The notes under the pieces are model-generated. The model saw nothing but the letters and a program-made list of their open reading frames with translations, did not search any database and had not been told where the DNA came from. From the NCBI GenBank assembly GCA_023441055.1, contig JAEZQY010000029.1:207328-271327 (forward strand): a DNA stretch of 64,000 nucleotides, read 5' to 3'. The DNA comes from Bacillota bacterium. Its GTDB lineage: Bacteria > Bacillota > Bacilli > Paenibacillales > UBA4045. Position 1 is the first letter of the stretch. Each line of letters starts with the position of its first letter. Of this stretch, positions 37,585 through 47,886 are shown piece after piece. The position numbers and the translations under genes are program-made.

Positions 37585-38478
37585 CTAGCTATCCTCACTA
37601 GTTGACGTGCGAACGTATGTCGGTCGGAATGCACTCGGCGGCATGCCTGTCCATCGGCGGAATTGCCTAGAGAAATGGCTCGCCGACTGAAATCCGAGCT
37701 GTTCTGCTAATTCCTCCATCGAATAAGTCGAATGCACAAGCAGATGCTTCGCCTGATTCAGAACCAGCTTACTCCGATACTGTCGCGGTGATTGCCCGTA
37801 CACCTTGTTGAATACATGCGTGCAGCGGCCGCGACTGATCCCCAATGAAGCTGCAATTTCAGCGATACTCGCATGATCACCATTCCGCAATTTCTCTTCA
37901 ATCGCGTGGGCCAGCTCCGTCTCAACGACTGAGGCATTCTGCAACTGGTCATCACGCATCGGCGTCTTACGCTGTACGTCATCGTTGTACTTGATGAATT
38001 CACTAATGATGCCTAAGGTATGCGTCTGGATAATCAGGCGATTCAACGCTTTGTCATCATCAACCGTATCGATATGATGATTGTGAGAGAGCGCATGCTC
38101 TATCGCGCTTGCATGCATCGGCAGCGATAGCTGAGCAGCCTCCTCTGCATGAATGAGCATATAATCGGTCCTGCATAACCATTCACGTATAATGGGGTCA
38201 TCCAAATCGAAGTGCAAATTAAAGAAACGATAATCAGCAGCCGGACCGTTCTCAGAAGCATGTGATATACCGGACTTTATTAACAGCCAATCTCCGCTGC
38301 TAAACGCGAAGTCATGATCCCCTATCGTCTGCTTGATTGCCCCCTCCTTGCAATGCAACAGTTCAAAGAGGTAATGATGATGTCTGGGGAAGGACCAATT
38401 CGGATGGAAATTGCCCACATGACAACCGATAATCTGCAAGGTGCTCGTTAAATTAGGAAGCGAATACTGAATATCCAT
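37585..38478 (-). CDS. AraC-family regulator with cupin-type sensor domain
   Basis: N-terminal cupin (..FPRHHHYLFELLHCKEG..) and C-terminal HTH (...ELAEQLGFQSASHFSRQFRRWTGMPPSAFR). Divergent from the GH35 gene. Confidence 0.8.
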   Translation of the reverse strand: MDIQYSLPNLTSTLQIIGCHVGNFHPNWSFPRHHHYLFELLHCKEGAIKQTIGDHDFAFSSGDWLLIKSGISHASENGPAADYRFFNLHFDLDDPIIREWLCRTDYMLIHAEEAAQLSLPMHASAIEHALSHNHHIDTVDDDKALNRLIIQTHTLGIISEFIKYNDDVQRKTPMRDDQLQNASVVETELAHAIEEKLRNGDHASIAEIAASLGISRGRCTHVFNKVYGQSPRQYRSKLVLNQAKHLLVHSTYSMEELAEQLGFQSASHFSRQFRRWTGMPPSAFRPTYVRTSTSEDS

Positions 38479-38647
38479 CGTCTGTAGCCCTCCTGGTTCC
38501 CAATCCTATAGTCGTATTCTAGCGTAATGCCATTCATAACAAAAGGTCAAATTTAACGTCCCTTTGTCCATTTGTTTGATTATTCTTTCCGTTTAGAATA
38601 AGAAGCATCACAAGTCTTAACCACTACATTGCATTGGAGGTCGCTTA

Positions 38648-40408
38648 ATGATGAACCTATTGTCTGTTCATGAGGATCATTTCTATATGGATAACAAGCC
38701 GATTCGTCTGCTTTCCGGAGCGATTCATTACTTTAGAGTCGTACCCGAATATTGGCGGGATCGATTGCTGAAGCTGAAGGCATGCGGCTTTAACACGGTG
38801 GAAACCTACGTACCATGGAATTTACATGAGCCTGCGCCTGGCACCTTTCACTTTGAAGGCATGGCTGATATTGAAGCTTTTATTCGATTAGCAGGCGAGC
38901 TAGGCTTGCATGTCATCGTGCGTCCTAGCCCTTACATCTGCGCAGAATGGGAATTTGGAGGCTTACCGGCCTGGCTGCTTGCCGATCGAGATATGCAGCT
39001 TCGCTGTATGTACCGGCCCTATCTAGATAAGGTAGATGCCTATTACGATGAGCTACTGCCTAGACTAAAGCCTCTGCTTGCCACCAGTGGCGGTCCGATT
39101 ATCGCCATGCAGATCGAGAATGAATATGGCAGCTATGGCAACGATACAGCCTATCTGCAATATTTGGAGCAAGCGATGATCCGTCGTGGCATGGATGTCC
39201 TATTATTCACTTCTGATGGACCAGAGCATCATATGCTACAAGGAGGTTTGGTTCCAAACGTTCTAGAAACCGCAAACTTCGGTTCAAGAGCTGAGGAAGC
39301 GTTCGAGATGCTTCGTCGTTATCAACCGGAAGGCCCGCTTATGTGTATGGAATACTGGAATGGCTGGTTTGATCACTGGGGTGAGGAGCATCATGTTCGT
39401 GACGGTGGGGAAGTTGCGCAGGTGTTCGAGGATATGCTTGCTCTAGGCGCCTCTGTGAACTTCTATATGTTCCATGGCGGCACCAATTTCGGCTTCAATA
39501 GCGGAGCGAATGGCCTGGAGCGCGATCATTATGAGCCTACGGTTACAAGCTATGACTATAATGCGCCACTGAATGAAGCAGGAGATCCCACAGAGAAGTA
39601 CTATGCGATACGAGACATTATAGCGAAATATACGGATCTTCCTGAGATGGAAATTCCTCAAGCATTACCCAAACAGGCGTACGGCACTGTGCAGGCAACT
39701 AGCAAGGCGGTATTGTTCGATCAGCTGCATCAATTGTCTGAGCCGATCCAGGCTGTGGTTCCAGAGCCGATGGAGCGCTACGGACAGAGCAACGGGTTTA
39801 TCGTATACGAAACATTTATTTCGGGACCACGCGAAGAGAAGGAAATTATGATTCAAGACTGCCATGACCGAGCGTTGGTGTTCTTGAATGATAAGTGTAA
39901 AGGAATTATCGAGAGATGGGATTCCAGTAAGAAGGTGTATGTTGAAATTCCTGATGGCGGAGCTCGCTTAAGAATATTGGTTGAGAATATGGGACGCATC
40001 AACTACGGACCGTATCTGGCTGATCGCAAAGGCATCACCGAGGGTGTTCGTCACGGTAACCAATTCCTATATGATTGGACCGTTTGGACATTGCCGCTTG
40101 ATAACTTGAAGCCTTTATCCTTTGCAGCTATCGAGCATGAAACCACCACTGGTCCAGCATTCTATCGTGCAGAATTACACATCGAGAACACACCAGCAGA
40201 TACATTCTTGAAGCTGGAGGGATGGTCGAAGGGAGTCGTCTACGTCAACGGATTCAATCTGGGCAGATACTGGAAGGTGGGCCCTCAACAGACACTCTAC
40301 ATTCCTGCACCGCTCTTGCGCCAAGGCCGTAATGAATTCATTGTATTCGATATCGACGGCACGGAAAGCTTATCCCTTCAGTTTGTAGATCAACCTGAAT
40401 TAGGGTAA
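38648..40408 (+). CDS. beta-galactosidase, glycoside hydrolase family 35
   Basis: ...GAIHYFRVVPEYWRDRLLKLKACGFNTVETYVPWNLHEP...ICAEWEFGGLPAWLL...IENEYGSYG.... SD GGAGG. Confidence 0.85.
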   Translation: MMNLLSVHEDHFYMDNKPIRLLSGAIHYFRVVPEYWRDRLLKLKACGFNTVETYVPWNLHEPAPGTFHFEGMADIEAFIRLAGELGLHVIVRPSPYICAEWEFGGLPAWLLADRDMQLRCMYRPYLDKVDAYYDELLPRLKPLLATSGGPIIAMQIENEYGSYGNDTAYLQYLEQAMIRRGMDVLLFTSDGPEHHMLQGGLVPNVLETANFGSRAEEAFEMLRRYQPEGPLMCMEYWNGWFDHWGEEHHVRDGGEVAQVFEDMLALGASVNFYMFHGGTNFGFNSGANGLERDHYEPTVTSYDYNAPLNEAGDPTEKYYAIRDIIAKYTDLPEMEIPQALPKQAYGTVQATSKAVLFDQLHQLSEPIQAVVPEPMERYGQSNGFIVYETFISGPREEKEIMIQDCHDRALVFLNDKCKGIIERWDSSKKVYVEIPDGGARLRILVENMGRINYGPYLADRKGITEGVRHGNQFLYDWTVWTLPLDNLKPLSFAAIEHETTTGPAFYRAELHIENTPADTFLKLEGWSKGVVYVNGFNLGRYWKVGPQQTLYIPAPLLRQGRNEFIVFDIDGTESLSLQFVDQPELG

Positions 40409-40436
40409 GCCCCATTAGCGTTTATCTTACGGATTT

Positions 40437-40476
40437 AACATGCAGTCATTCCAGCTTGAATGGATGACTGCATGTT
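40437..40476 (+). terminator. rho-independent terminator of the GH35 gene
   Basis: aacatgcagtcat.../...atgactgcatgtt stem followed by GTATTTTA. Confidence 0.7.
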
Positions 40477-40579
40477 GTATTTTAAACTCCACCTAATAAG
40501 AGATTCTTATCGTATTCGTCACGGCACTCCCGGCAGACGATTATAGTCAGATCCCTACTATCAAGATTCGTCTACTTGA

Positions 40580-41428
40580 TCACCGCGTATTGAGCCGATA
40601 ATACAACCTCATTCCTGTTAGGCATATCGCGAATACGAAGATGATGGCTAACAGAATCGCCAAAGCCGGCCATAGCCGAAATACATCCTGGCTCGTTGAG
40701 CTATTGTCCTGTAATTGCGGAACAATGAACAGCAGCCACCCTATCCCTGCAATGGGAATCAACTGAGGGATGAGCCGCAGATAGTAGCGCAAGGCTGAAT
40801 GGTGTCGGCGTCGATCAGACCACTTCTTACTGCGCAAGCATCCTCTAACTCCAAGCGCGACATATAGTAAGGTTTGAATGCCTAGTGAGTAATCGATATA
40901 AGTATGCACTGGGGCCCCCGTTGCCGGTGCTTGTCCCTCGGTCAGTTGAATAATTCCTGCGCTTATCTCGTATGCATGCTCGAAGGTAGTAGTGAAGCTA
41001 TTCAGCAGTACAGCTATAGCATATCCGCTGCTCGGAACGAAGCTATGCTGTGCGTGATAGCTTGATAATGCCCCACTATGCTGGATACGTTGCGGCACGA
41101 TACCCGAAGAACTAAGCGACCAGCCCAGACCGTAACGTTCACTTCCAGGCTGCGGGGAATACGACTCCTCCAGCAATGAGGTGGACAACAATCTTACTCC
41201 TGATGCGCTTACCCCATCATTAGTATGCATAGAGAGCCATTTCCCCATGTCCGTTGCTGTACTAACGATCCCACCTGCACCACTGAACATTTGCTCCATC
41301 TCTGATATGGGTATGGCCGTTCCGTAGGCCGTAACATGCCCGAGAGGCAGCTCAGGAATCGGATCGCTAGCATTCACAGGTGATAGCGAGTCGTCCATGC
41401 CCAGCGGAGCGAACACCTTCGAGTACCT
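40580..41428 (-). pseudogene. serine hydrolase (beta-lactamase/PBP4*-like) with C-terminal TM segments, 5'-truncated
   Basis: Begins mid-domain (..SKVFAPLGMDDS..; the SxxK nucleophile region is absent). An in-frame TAA at 41429-41431 abuts repeat copy A. Confidence 0.6.
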
Positions 41429-41444
41429 TTAAACAGCATACAAG

Positions 41445-41493
41445 GCACAATAATAAACCCCACCATTCACCGGTGGGGTTTATGTTCGGTTAT
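41445..41493 (-). repeat. terminator-like repeat, copy A
   Basis: gcacaataataaaccccaccattcaccggtggggtttatgttcggttat. On the minus strand it forms a stem AAACCCCACC/GGTGGGGTTT followed by ATTATTGTG, immediately after the FMN-reductase stop. Confidence 0.7.
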
Positions 41494-41516
41494 AGAACTA
41501 GACCTTCATTCATATA

Positions 41517-42065
41517 TTATACTTGATACTTCTTCACCAATGACACAAATGCATCGACAGCGGATTGCAAGAAACCAACCGTGTCTTGATTCGTAATTCC
41601 CCCGTCTTGACCTAGCAGTTCATGCACACTCGCAATATAAACCTCCGGTTGTTGTACAACCGGCATATTCAAGAATGTCAGCACTTGACGCAAGTGATGG
41701 TTCGCGCCGAAGCCGGCTAGATTACCTGGTGATTGGCTGACAATCAGAGCAGGCTTGCCATTCCAAACGTTCGATCCGTATGGACGTGATGCAACATCCA
41801 ATGCATTCTTCAAAGCAGCCGGAATAGAGCGGTTATGTTCCGGTGTTACAAAAATAACTGCATCCAATGCTTTCACTGTCTCACGGAAAGACGTATAAAC
41901 TGCAGGGGGATTTTCATCAAAATCTTGGTTATATAGCGGCAGATTTGCGATTTCAACAAACTCAGCCTCATATCCGCTAGGGAACAGGTTTACTATGTTT
42001 TGTGCCAGTTGCTGTGAGAAGGAGTTTTTTCTAGTACTGCCCAGTACGATTCCTATTTTTGCCAT
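41517..42065 (-). CDS. NAD(P)H-dependent FMN reductase (flavodoxin-like, ChrR/YieF-type)
   Basis: MAKIGIVLGSTRKNSFS...VIFVTPEHNRSIPAALKNALD... Confidence 0.8.
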   Translation of the reverse strand: MAKIGIVLGSTRKNSFSQQLAQNIVNLFPSGYEAEFVEIANLPLYNQDFDENPPAVYTSFRETVKALDAVIFVTPEHNRSIPAALKNALDVASRPYGSNVWNGKPALIVSQSPGNLAGFGANHHLRQVLTFLNMPVVQQPEVYIASVHELLGQDGGITNQDTVGFLQSAVDAFVSLVKKYQV

Positions 42066-42162
42066 GCTGTCATCCTCCTAAAGTCCTATAAATGAGTTTG
42101 TTACACTAGAAATTATACCAAATAACTTTTTGTAAGTCAAGTCTGATCCCATAATGCACTGT

Positions 42163-42212
42163 GCACAATAACAAACCCCGCCATCTTACGGGTGGGGTTT
42201 ACGTTCGGTTAT
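42163..42212 (-). repeat. terminator-like repeat, copy B
   Basis: gcacaataacaaaccccgccatcttacgggtggggtttacgttcggttat. Same position relative to the MCP stop codon as copy A has to its gene. Confidence 0.7.
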
Positions 42213-42216
42213 TGAT

Positions 42217-43974
42217 CTACATTTTCACTTGTCTAATCATATCATTCAACTGTACGGATAACTGGGCCAGCACCTCTGAATTTGCAGATATCTCCTCCGT
42301 GGAGGCACTTTGTTGCTGCGCGGTGGAAGCGCTCTGTTCAATTCCCGCTGACGCCTCCTCAGAAGCTGCTGCAATGTTCTCTCCTGCTTTACTAACTTGA
42401 TCACTATTCTGGGCAATGCTAGCTATGTTCGTCGTAATGTTATCAATTCTATCCCGCATCTCGGACACAGCTTGATTGATAGAATCGAATTGCGCTCGAC
42501 TGGTTTGGATTTGTTGATTGCCTTTTTCAACAGCTGCATATCCAACCTCCAGAGATTGTGTCACCACTTGTGTCTCCCGTTGAACGCCGTCGACGATATC
42601 CGTAATTTCAGTAACCGAATTTCTCACTTGCTCTGCTAGCTTTTTAACTTCACCAGCCACAACTGCAAAGCCTCTTCCAGACTCTCCAGCACGGGCAGCC
42701 TCGATCGCCGCGTTGAGGGCGAGTAAGTTGGTTTGCTCCGCTACTTCCTGGATCACATCAACCAATGTTGAGATCATCTGTGATTTGTCGTTTAACCCTT
42801 TAATCTTCTCAACGGATTCGGTGACTATGGTTGTAATCTCTACCATTTGCTTTACAGACTCATTGATTTGAACCCTTCCTTCATTGGACAACTCATATAC
42901 ATTTTTGGAGACTTCCTTTAAAGCTTCACCATCTTGATTGGAATGAATAATTTTCATATTTAAGTCCTCAATTAACGCAGAGATTTCACTAGTCGAGCTT
43001 GCTTGTTCTTCTGCCCCAGCAGATAATTCTTGCATCGTCGATGCAATTTGCTGTGCTCCTGCACTTACTTCATCGGCAGATTGGGTCAGCTCTTCGCTCT
43101 GACTGTTTACATGCTCAGATGTACTTGCGATACGCTTGATCATGTCTATTAAACTGATTTGCATTAGATTCATGGATCTAGCCAATTGACCCACTTCGTC
43201 ATTGGTCTTTATATTCAGCGCTTCACTTGTTAGATCCCATTCTGAAATCCTTTGAGCATGAGTAGTTAATTGACGAAGGGGATTAACCATGCGGTTAGTA
43301 GATATATAGACCAGAATAAAACCAGCCACCAAAGCGATCCCGATCGTAATGAATAAGTTTGTAAGAACCTCATTTGCTCCCTTATTGAAGTCCATCATAT
43401 ATGTACCTGCAGATACGACCCATCCCCAGTGTGGCTCCATTTCCGAGTATGTAATTTTGGGTGCTAATCGATCAGGGTTGTTAGGCAGACCGAACGTAAA
43501 GGTCGTATACCCCCCACCACTCATTCCTTTTTCAATAATATCCCGTTCAAAATAAAAACCAGTTTCATCCTGAGCATCCAACATCGTTAATCCCTCATTG
43601 GTAGGGTGAGCCAATTTCAAACCATTCTCATCCGTCACGAAGAAGTACCCATGTTCCCCCATCGTAATATTCATATCAATGGGCCGCTGACCATTCTCGC
43701 CAATTTCCCCTAGCATATACACCTTCACACGTTCTTGAGCCTCTTCGAGCGCAATGTTCCCCGCTTCTACTTGTTCGTTCAACATGTCGATCATGCCAAT
43801 GATCATACGAACATCATTTTTAAGTTGAGTTTTCCCTTCTTGATCCAGCGCATTTTTAGCCGTGTTGTAGTTTGTAAAACCGATTATGACGCTTGGGAGA
43901 ACCAATAATAATAAGGCAATCATCAGAAATTTGGTCTTAATAGATAGATTATTGATTCTGAGTTTACTGGACAC
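42217..43974 (-). CDS. methyl-accepting chemotaxis protein with double-Cache-like sensor and HAMP domain
   Basis: TM, ~260-aa periplasmic domain, TM, HAMP, then the conserved signalling hairpin ...[35 protein letters not shown].... GTG start after an AGGAG SD. Confidence 0.85.
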   Translation of the reverse strand: MSSKLRINNLSIKTKFLMIALLLLVLPSVIIGFTNYNTAKNALDQEGKTQLKNDVRMIIGMIDMLNEQVEAGNIALEEAQERVKVYMLGEIGENGQRPIDMNITMGEHGYFFVTDENGLKLAHPTNEGLTMLDAQDETGFYFERDIIEKGMSGGGYTTFTFGLPNNPDRLAPKITYSEMEPHWGWVVSAGTYMMDFNKGANEVLTNLFITIGIALVAGFILVYISTNRMVNPLRQLTTHAQRISEWDLTSEALNIKTNDEVGQLARSMNLMQISLIDMIKRIASTSEHVNSQSEELTQSADEVSAGAQQIASTMQELSAGAEEQASSTSEISALIEDLNMKIIHSNQDGEALKEVSKNVYELSNEGRVQINESVKQMVEITTIVTESVEKIKGLNDKSQMISTLVDVIQEVAEQTNLLALNAAIEAARAGESGRGFAVVAGEVKKLAEQVRNSVTEITDIVDGVQRETQVVTQSLEVGYAAVEKGNQQIQTSRAQFDSINQAVSEMRDRIDNITTNIASIAQNSDQVSKAGENIAAASEEASAGIEQSASTAQQQSASTEEISANSEVLAQLSVQLNDMIRQVKM

Positions 43975-44237
43975 AATTATGCACTCCTAAGATGTTTTTC
44001 GTTTGGCGTCCCCATTTTCGATAGGATTGCCATTTTCGGAAGTCTTATAAGTCTTTTCATACATTTGACATTGTATCACCGGAGTCTAAAAGTAACAATC
44101 CATATTTCGACAAAAAACGACAGTTAATGTCGAGATAAGACTTCGTGACGAGTGCTTTTTACTTAACTTAAGTCAATGAACGCATACCACTTACACGGTA
44201 GAATGAGATCATCTTTTATACCCAAGGAGGATCCATT

Positions 44238-44927
44238 ATGCAACAACGAACAGCCGCGCGAATTGGAGGAATATCATTAATTGTTATGGCGTTAGCCGCT
44301 TTTTTCTCATTTGGCTATGCGCATGGCACGCTTGTCAGCTTGGGGGATGCCGATGCCACGTTGAATCGTCTCTTATCATCTAACCTACTATTCAAGGCAG
44401 AGATCCTAGGATGGCTGATTATTTTGATTTGCGACATCCTTGTAGCTTGGGCATTTTACGTCTACCTAAAGCCCTACCATCACCATCTATCCTTGCTCGG
44501 CGCTTGGTTTCGCTTGATCTATACGGCGATTCTGGGTATGGCTATCCTGCATTTGATAGTCACCATGATTCTCACGAGTCAAGCGAACGTGCAATCCCTA
44601 TTGGAGACTCCGCAACTACAAGCGCATGTTATGTTATCACTAGCAGCCTTCGAATCCGCATGGTCGTTCGGATTGATCGTATTTAGCGCGCATCTGCTGG
44701 TTATCGGCTTTGTCGCTTACAAAGCTGATCCGATTCCGCGATGGATCAGCATCTTATTGTTGATTGCAGCAGTCGGCTATATGCTCACGAATCTATTTCC
44801 ATTCGTATATGCAGGAGAGAATAAGTTCCTTGATATTCTTACTATGATTCTTACTGTGCCGATGAGCGTTGGTGAGTTAGGCTTTGGGTTATGGCTGTTG
44901 CTTAGAGGCGGGAAATCCGTTTCTTGA
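44238..44927 (+). CDS. DUF4386-like integral membrane protein
   Basis: About 6 TM helices, N-terminus MQQRTAARIGGISLIVMA.... Strong SD AAGGAGG. Confidence 0.5.
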   Translation: MQQRTAARIGGISLIVMALAAFFSFGYAHGTLVSLGDADATLNRLLSSNLLFKAEILGWLIILICDILVAWAFYVYLKPYHHHLSLLGAWFRLIYTAILGMAILHLIVTMILTSQANVQSLLETPQLQAHVMLSLAAFESAWSFGLIVFSAHLLVIGFVAYKADPIPRWISILLLIAAVGYMLTNLFPFVYAGENKFLDILTMILTVPMSVGELGFGLWLLLRGGKSVS

Positions 44928-45480
44928 TTCTGCTGAGTGATTCCGGCGTAACTCCGAGATAGCTTGCCAGTTGATGCTGAGGTACACGGTCGATCAGGCC
45001 CGGGCGTTTATGCAGCAGTGATTTGAACCGTTCTTCGGGCGCAGAAGCGATGAAGTCAGCAAAGTCCTCTGTTACACGCCCGAAGATCTCCACGGTCATT
45101 CGGTTCGTCATTGATTCTAATTGCGGATACTTATTGTAGGTGTCATTAATCGTTGCAAGATCGCCAACAGCCAACACACAATCCTCGAGACAAGTCAATG
45201 TATACTTGGACAGCTTGCTTTGCGCATGCTCATTATAGATGACGACCGCTTGCTCTTCTGTGTAGAAATTGCTGGTGACCTCTCGTCCAGATTCATCTAC
45301 AGCATATTGTCGGATACAACCTTTCAGGATGAAATAACATTCCGTGGGGACGTCTCCCTGCCGAAGAAGAGTCGTACCCTTCTTATAATCATACACTCGA
45401 ATCTCACTCGCGATTATCCGCTGCTCTTCTTCGCTAAACGACGTGTACTTCGTCAGATATTTGAGGACAATATCTTTCAA
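44902..45480 (-). CDS. Crp/Fnr family transcriptional regulator
   Basis: cNMP-binding fold (...LLRQGDVPTECYFILKGCIRQY...) and C-terminal HTH (...VPQHQLASYLGVTPESLSRIKKR). SD GGAGGG favours the TTG at 45480 over the ATG at 45504. Confidence 0.75.
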   Translation of the reverse strand: MKDIVLKYLTKYTSFSEEEQRIIASEIRVYDYKKGTTLLRQGDVPTECYFILKGCIRQYAVDESGREVTSNFYTEEQAVVIYNEHAQSKLSKYTLTCLEDCVLAVGDLATINDTYNKYPQLESMTNRMTVEIFGRVTEDFADFIASAPEERFKSLLHKRPGLIDRVPQHQLASYLGVTPESLSRIKKRISRL

Positions 45481-45571
45481 CCTTTTTCCCTCCCTCATAT
45501 ACACAATTACGCGCCAAAAATCCCTCCATCATGTTAATTTGGAGGGATTTTCGGAAATCATTCAGTTCCAT

Positions 45572-46033
45572 TCACTGATTAGCGTCGATCCGATTACCTT
45601 CTCCTACTTCTACTTCCGCTGCTGGCTCTCTTTTGGCTAATTTTGTTGGTAACTGCCAGGCTGTAGCTACAGCTAACAACACAAAGATGATGTCAATGCC
45701 GCCAAAGAAATCAAAGAAGTTTTCGAAGAAAATAGAGAATACATCAGCGTTAAATATGCCTGAAATGCTCTCATCGTAGTAATAGCCGAGAATTAAATAT
45801 TTACCAAGCACGATTCCTAATAATCCGGCAATAACAGCAATGACTTGGTGTTCTACTTTCACTTTGCTTTTCGTAGCTAGAATGACTGCATAACCAGCTA
45901 ATCCTCCGATCCCCCACGCAATGATTCCAAGCTCATAATCGGTCAGAATCGCAATGATCATCCACACCGCGCCACCAATTATCGCAGCCACAAGCGCGTA
46001 AACAATAGCTAGTCCCGATTTTGTGTTCCCCAT
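45572..46033 (-). CDS. hypothetical membrane protein (4 TM)
   Basis: Hydrophobic segments and an acidic C-terminal tail. No family recognised. Confidence 0.45.
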   Translation of the reverse strand: MGNTKSGLAIVYALVAAIIGGAVWMIIAILTDYELGIIAWGIGGLAGYAVILATKSKVKVEHQVIAVIAGLLGIVLGKYLILGYYYDESISGIFNADVFSIFFENFFDFFGGIDIIFVLLAVATAWQLPTKLAKREPAAEVEVGEGNRIDANQ

Positions 46034-46273
46034 ATGTACATAACCCCCATCTAAATTGTAATTAGAAGGTTAATTCTACATCATATTGTCTTTTCCTTTA
46101 TTTATGTATATATTCTTACGTAATTTTCTTATTCGTCCTGCACGAAGGGAGATTTGTTTTAATGGCGACTACTTATATGGTGGTTTGGTCTTAAAACTGA
46201 ATAGTAGGAAAAAAACAACATTAAAGGTGTGCAGGGATAACGCTAGGGCCATCCCTCGGGATGGCCCTTCGTT

Positions 46274-46720
46274 CTACTTTTGGTCAATCTCCGTATAAAC
46301 CTGGAAAGTTACACCGAATTTATCCGTGACATCACCGAATCCAGGGCTGAACGGTTCTTCTTTAAACGGAAAATTGACTTGACCGTCTTGCCCAAGGGCT
46401 TCATAGATCTTTCTGGAATGCTCGACATTGTTCGTTGTGATGCAGATGGTTACCCGTTTCCCGATTCCTAGCGATGGCGAACTGACTGGCGTATCCGATA
46501 ACATCAGTTCTGTATCACCGACCTTTAACTTGGCGTGTGCCACAAGGTTCTTCATTTCTGCAGTAAAAGTATTGGGCATATCCGGCATCTCGCCATAAGT
46601 AGCCATAGAAAGGACTTCTGCGCCTAATACTTCTTTATAGAACGACATGGCTTCCCTCGTGCGTCCCTCTAAAGTGATATAAGGGGTAAGCTTAACAGTT
46701 ATTGATTGATTCGGTTCCAT
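46274..46720 (-). CDS. VOC/glyoxalase-fold protein (PhnB-like)
   Basis: ...LTPYITLEGRTREAMSFYKEVLGAEV...DKFGVTFQV.... SD GAGGTG favours the ATG at 46720. Confidence 0.65.
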   Translation of the reverse strand: MEPNQSITVKLTPYITLEGRTREAMSFYKEVLGAEVLSMATYGEMPDMPNTFTAEMKNLVAHAKLKVGDTELMLSDTPVSSPSLGIGKRVTICITTNNVEHSRKIYEALGQDGQVNFPFKEEPFSPGFGDVTDKFGVTFQVYTEIDQK

Positions 46721-46845
46721 GTTAATGGACACCTCACTTGTTATTTTCGTCATTTTTTAGTTCTCACATATATAGACGAAATACAAGTAAGAAATTCATC
46801 GGTCTAATCGCGTAGGAAACCCAAATCAGAAGGCTAAGAATGCCG

Positions 46846-47784
46846 TTACGAATGCTGTTCCAGCCATCTCAATATCGCTTGGTTTGTTTCTTCCGGCTTT
46901 TCTTGCTGGATCCAATGACCGCAGTCGAAGCTGATCACATCCACATTAGGGACGAATTTTATCAGATTTTCAGACCTCGGGATCGCATCCCGGTCGCCGT
47001 AGATCATGAGAGCGGGTTGTTGGATGACAGGATCCACGTCCGCCAATAAACGCCAGTTGCGGTCAAGGTTCCTGTACCAATTTATGCTTCCGGTAAACCC
47101 TGATGTTTCGAATGCGGATACGAATACGGCCAGTTCGCTGTCGTTCATCAAGGGCTCGCCGAGCGGTGCTTCCGCGTTGGCAAGATTGATCATAGCCATA
47201 CCGGGCTCAGGTGCTCTGAGAGGCTCGTTCTTGCGGTACAGGTTGCGAAGAAACCGAGACGTATTGTTATCCAATACGGCGTCCGCGACGCCCGGCTGTC
47301 GATTGAAGTGGACAAAGTAATAGTCGCCGCCAAGTATTTGTTCCAAGAACTCGATCCAGGGGGTTTCCCCGCGCTCTTGATAGGGCAAGCTCAGGTTGAT
47401 CACTTTATTGACGCGGCTTGGATGCAACAAGGTCAGTCCCCAAACGACCATCGCCCCCCAATCATGACCGACAAAGGTGGCATCCTCGTATCCATAGTGA
47501 TCAAGAAGTGCGATGAGATCACCCGACAAGTGTGCAATGTCGTAGTCTGTTACTTCAGTCGGACGGGATGAGTTGCCGTACCCCCGCTGGTTCGGGACGA
47601 TGACATGGTAGCCGGCTGCGGCAAGGGCGGTCATCTGATGACGCCAAGAAAAGGCATGCTCTGGCCAGCCGTGACAGAGGACAATGGGTTTTCCGGCATT
47701 CTGCCTGCCTGCTTCATAAACTTCGAGTACCACACCGTTGACTGAAATCAGGGTGGGCTTGGGAAAATCGATTGGATTAAACAC
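46846..47784 (-). CDS. alpha/beta hydrolase (epoxide-hydrolase/haloalkane-dehalogenase-like)
   Basis: HGWPE motif (..IVLCHGWPEHAFSWRHQ..) and nucleophile elbow GHDWG. AAGGAGG SD with a GTG at 47784 (ATG at 47814 also possible). Confidence 0.75.
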   Translation of the reverse strand: MFNPIDFPKPTLISVNGVVLEVYEAGRQNAGKPIVLCHGWPEHAFSWRHQMTALAAAGYHVIVPNQRGYGNSSRPTEVTDYDIAHLSGDLIALLDHYGYEDATFVGHDWGAMVVWGLTLLHPSRVNKVINLSLPYQERGETPWIEFLEQILGGDYYFVHFNRQPGVADAVLDNNTSRFLRNLYRKNEPLRAPEPGMAMINLANAEAPLGEPLMNDSELAVFVSAFETSGFTGSINWYRNLDRNWRLLADVDPVIQQPALMIYGDRDAIPRSENLIKFVPNVDVISFDCGHWIQQEKPEETNQAILRWLEQHS

Positions 47785-47886
47785 TAGAATCAAAACCTCC
47801 TTCTTGTAATACATGTAGTATAATAAACGAAGGGTGACACCTATTTGTCACCGTTCTGAAAAACATTTAGAAAAAAGAGGGCAATT

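Noticed and set aside
44902-44927. 26-bp convergent overlap of the DUF4386 and Crp genes
   Set aside because: Short 3'-3' overlaps are common. No structure or motif suggests a regulatory role.
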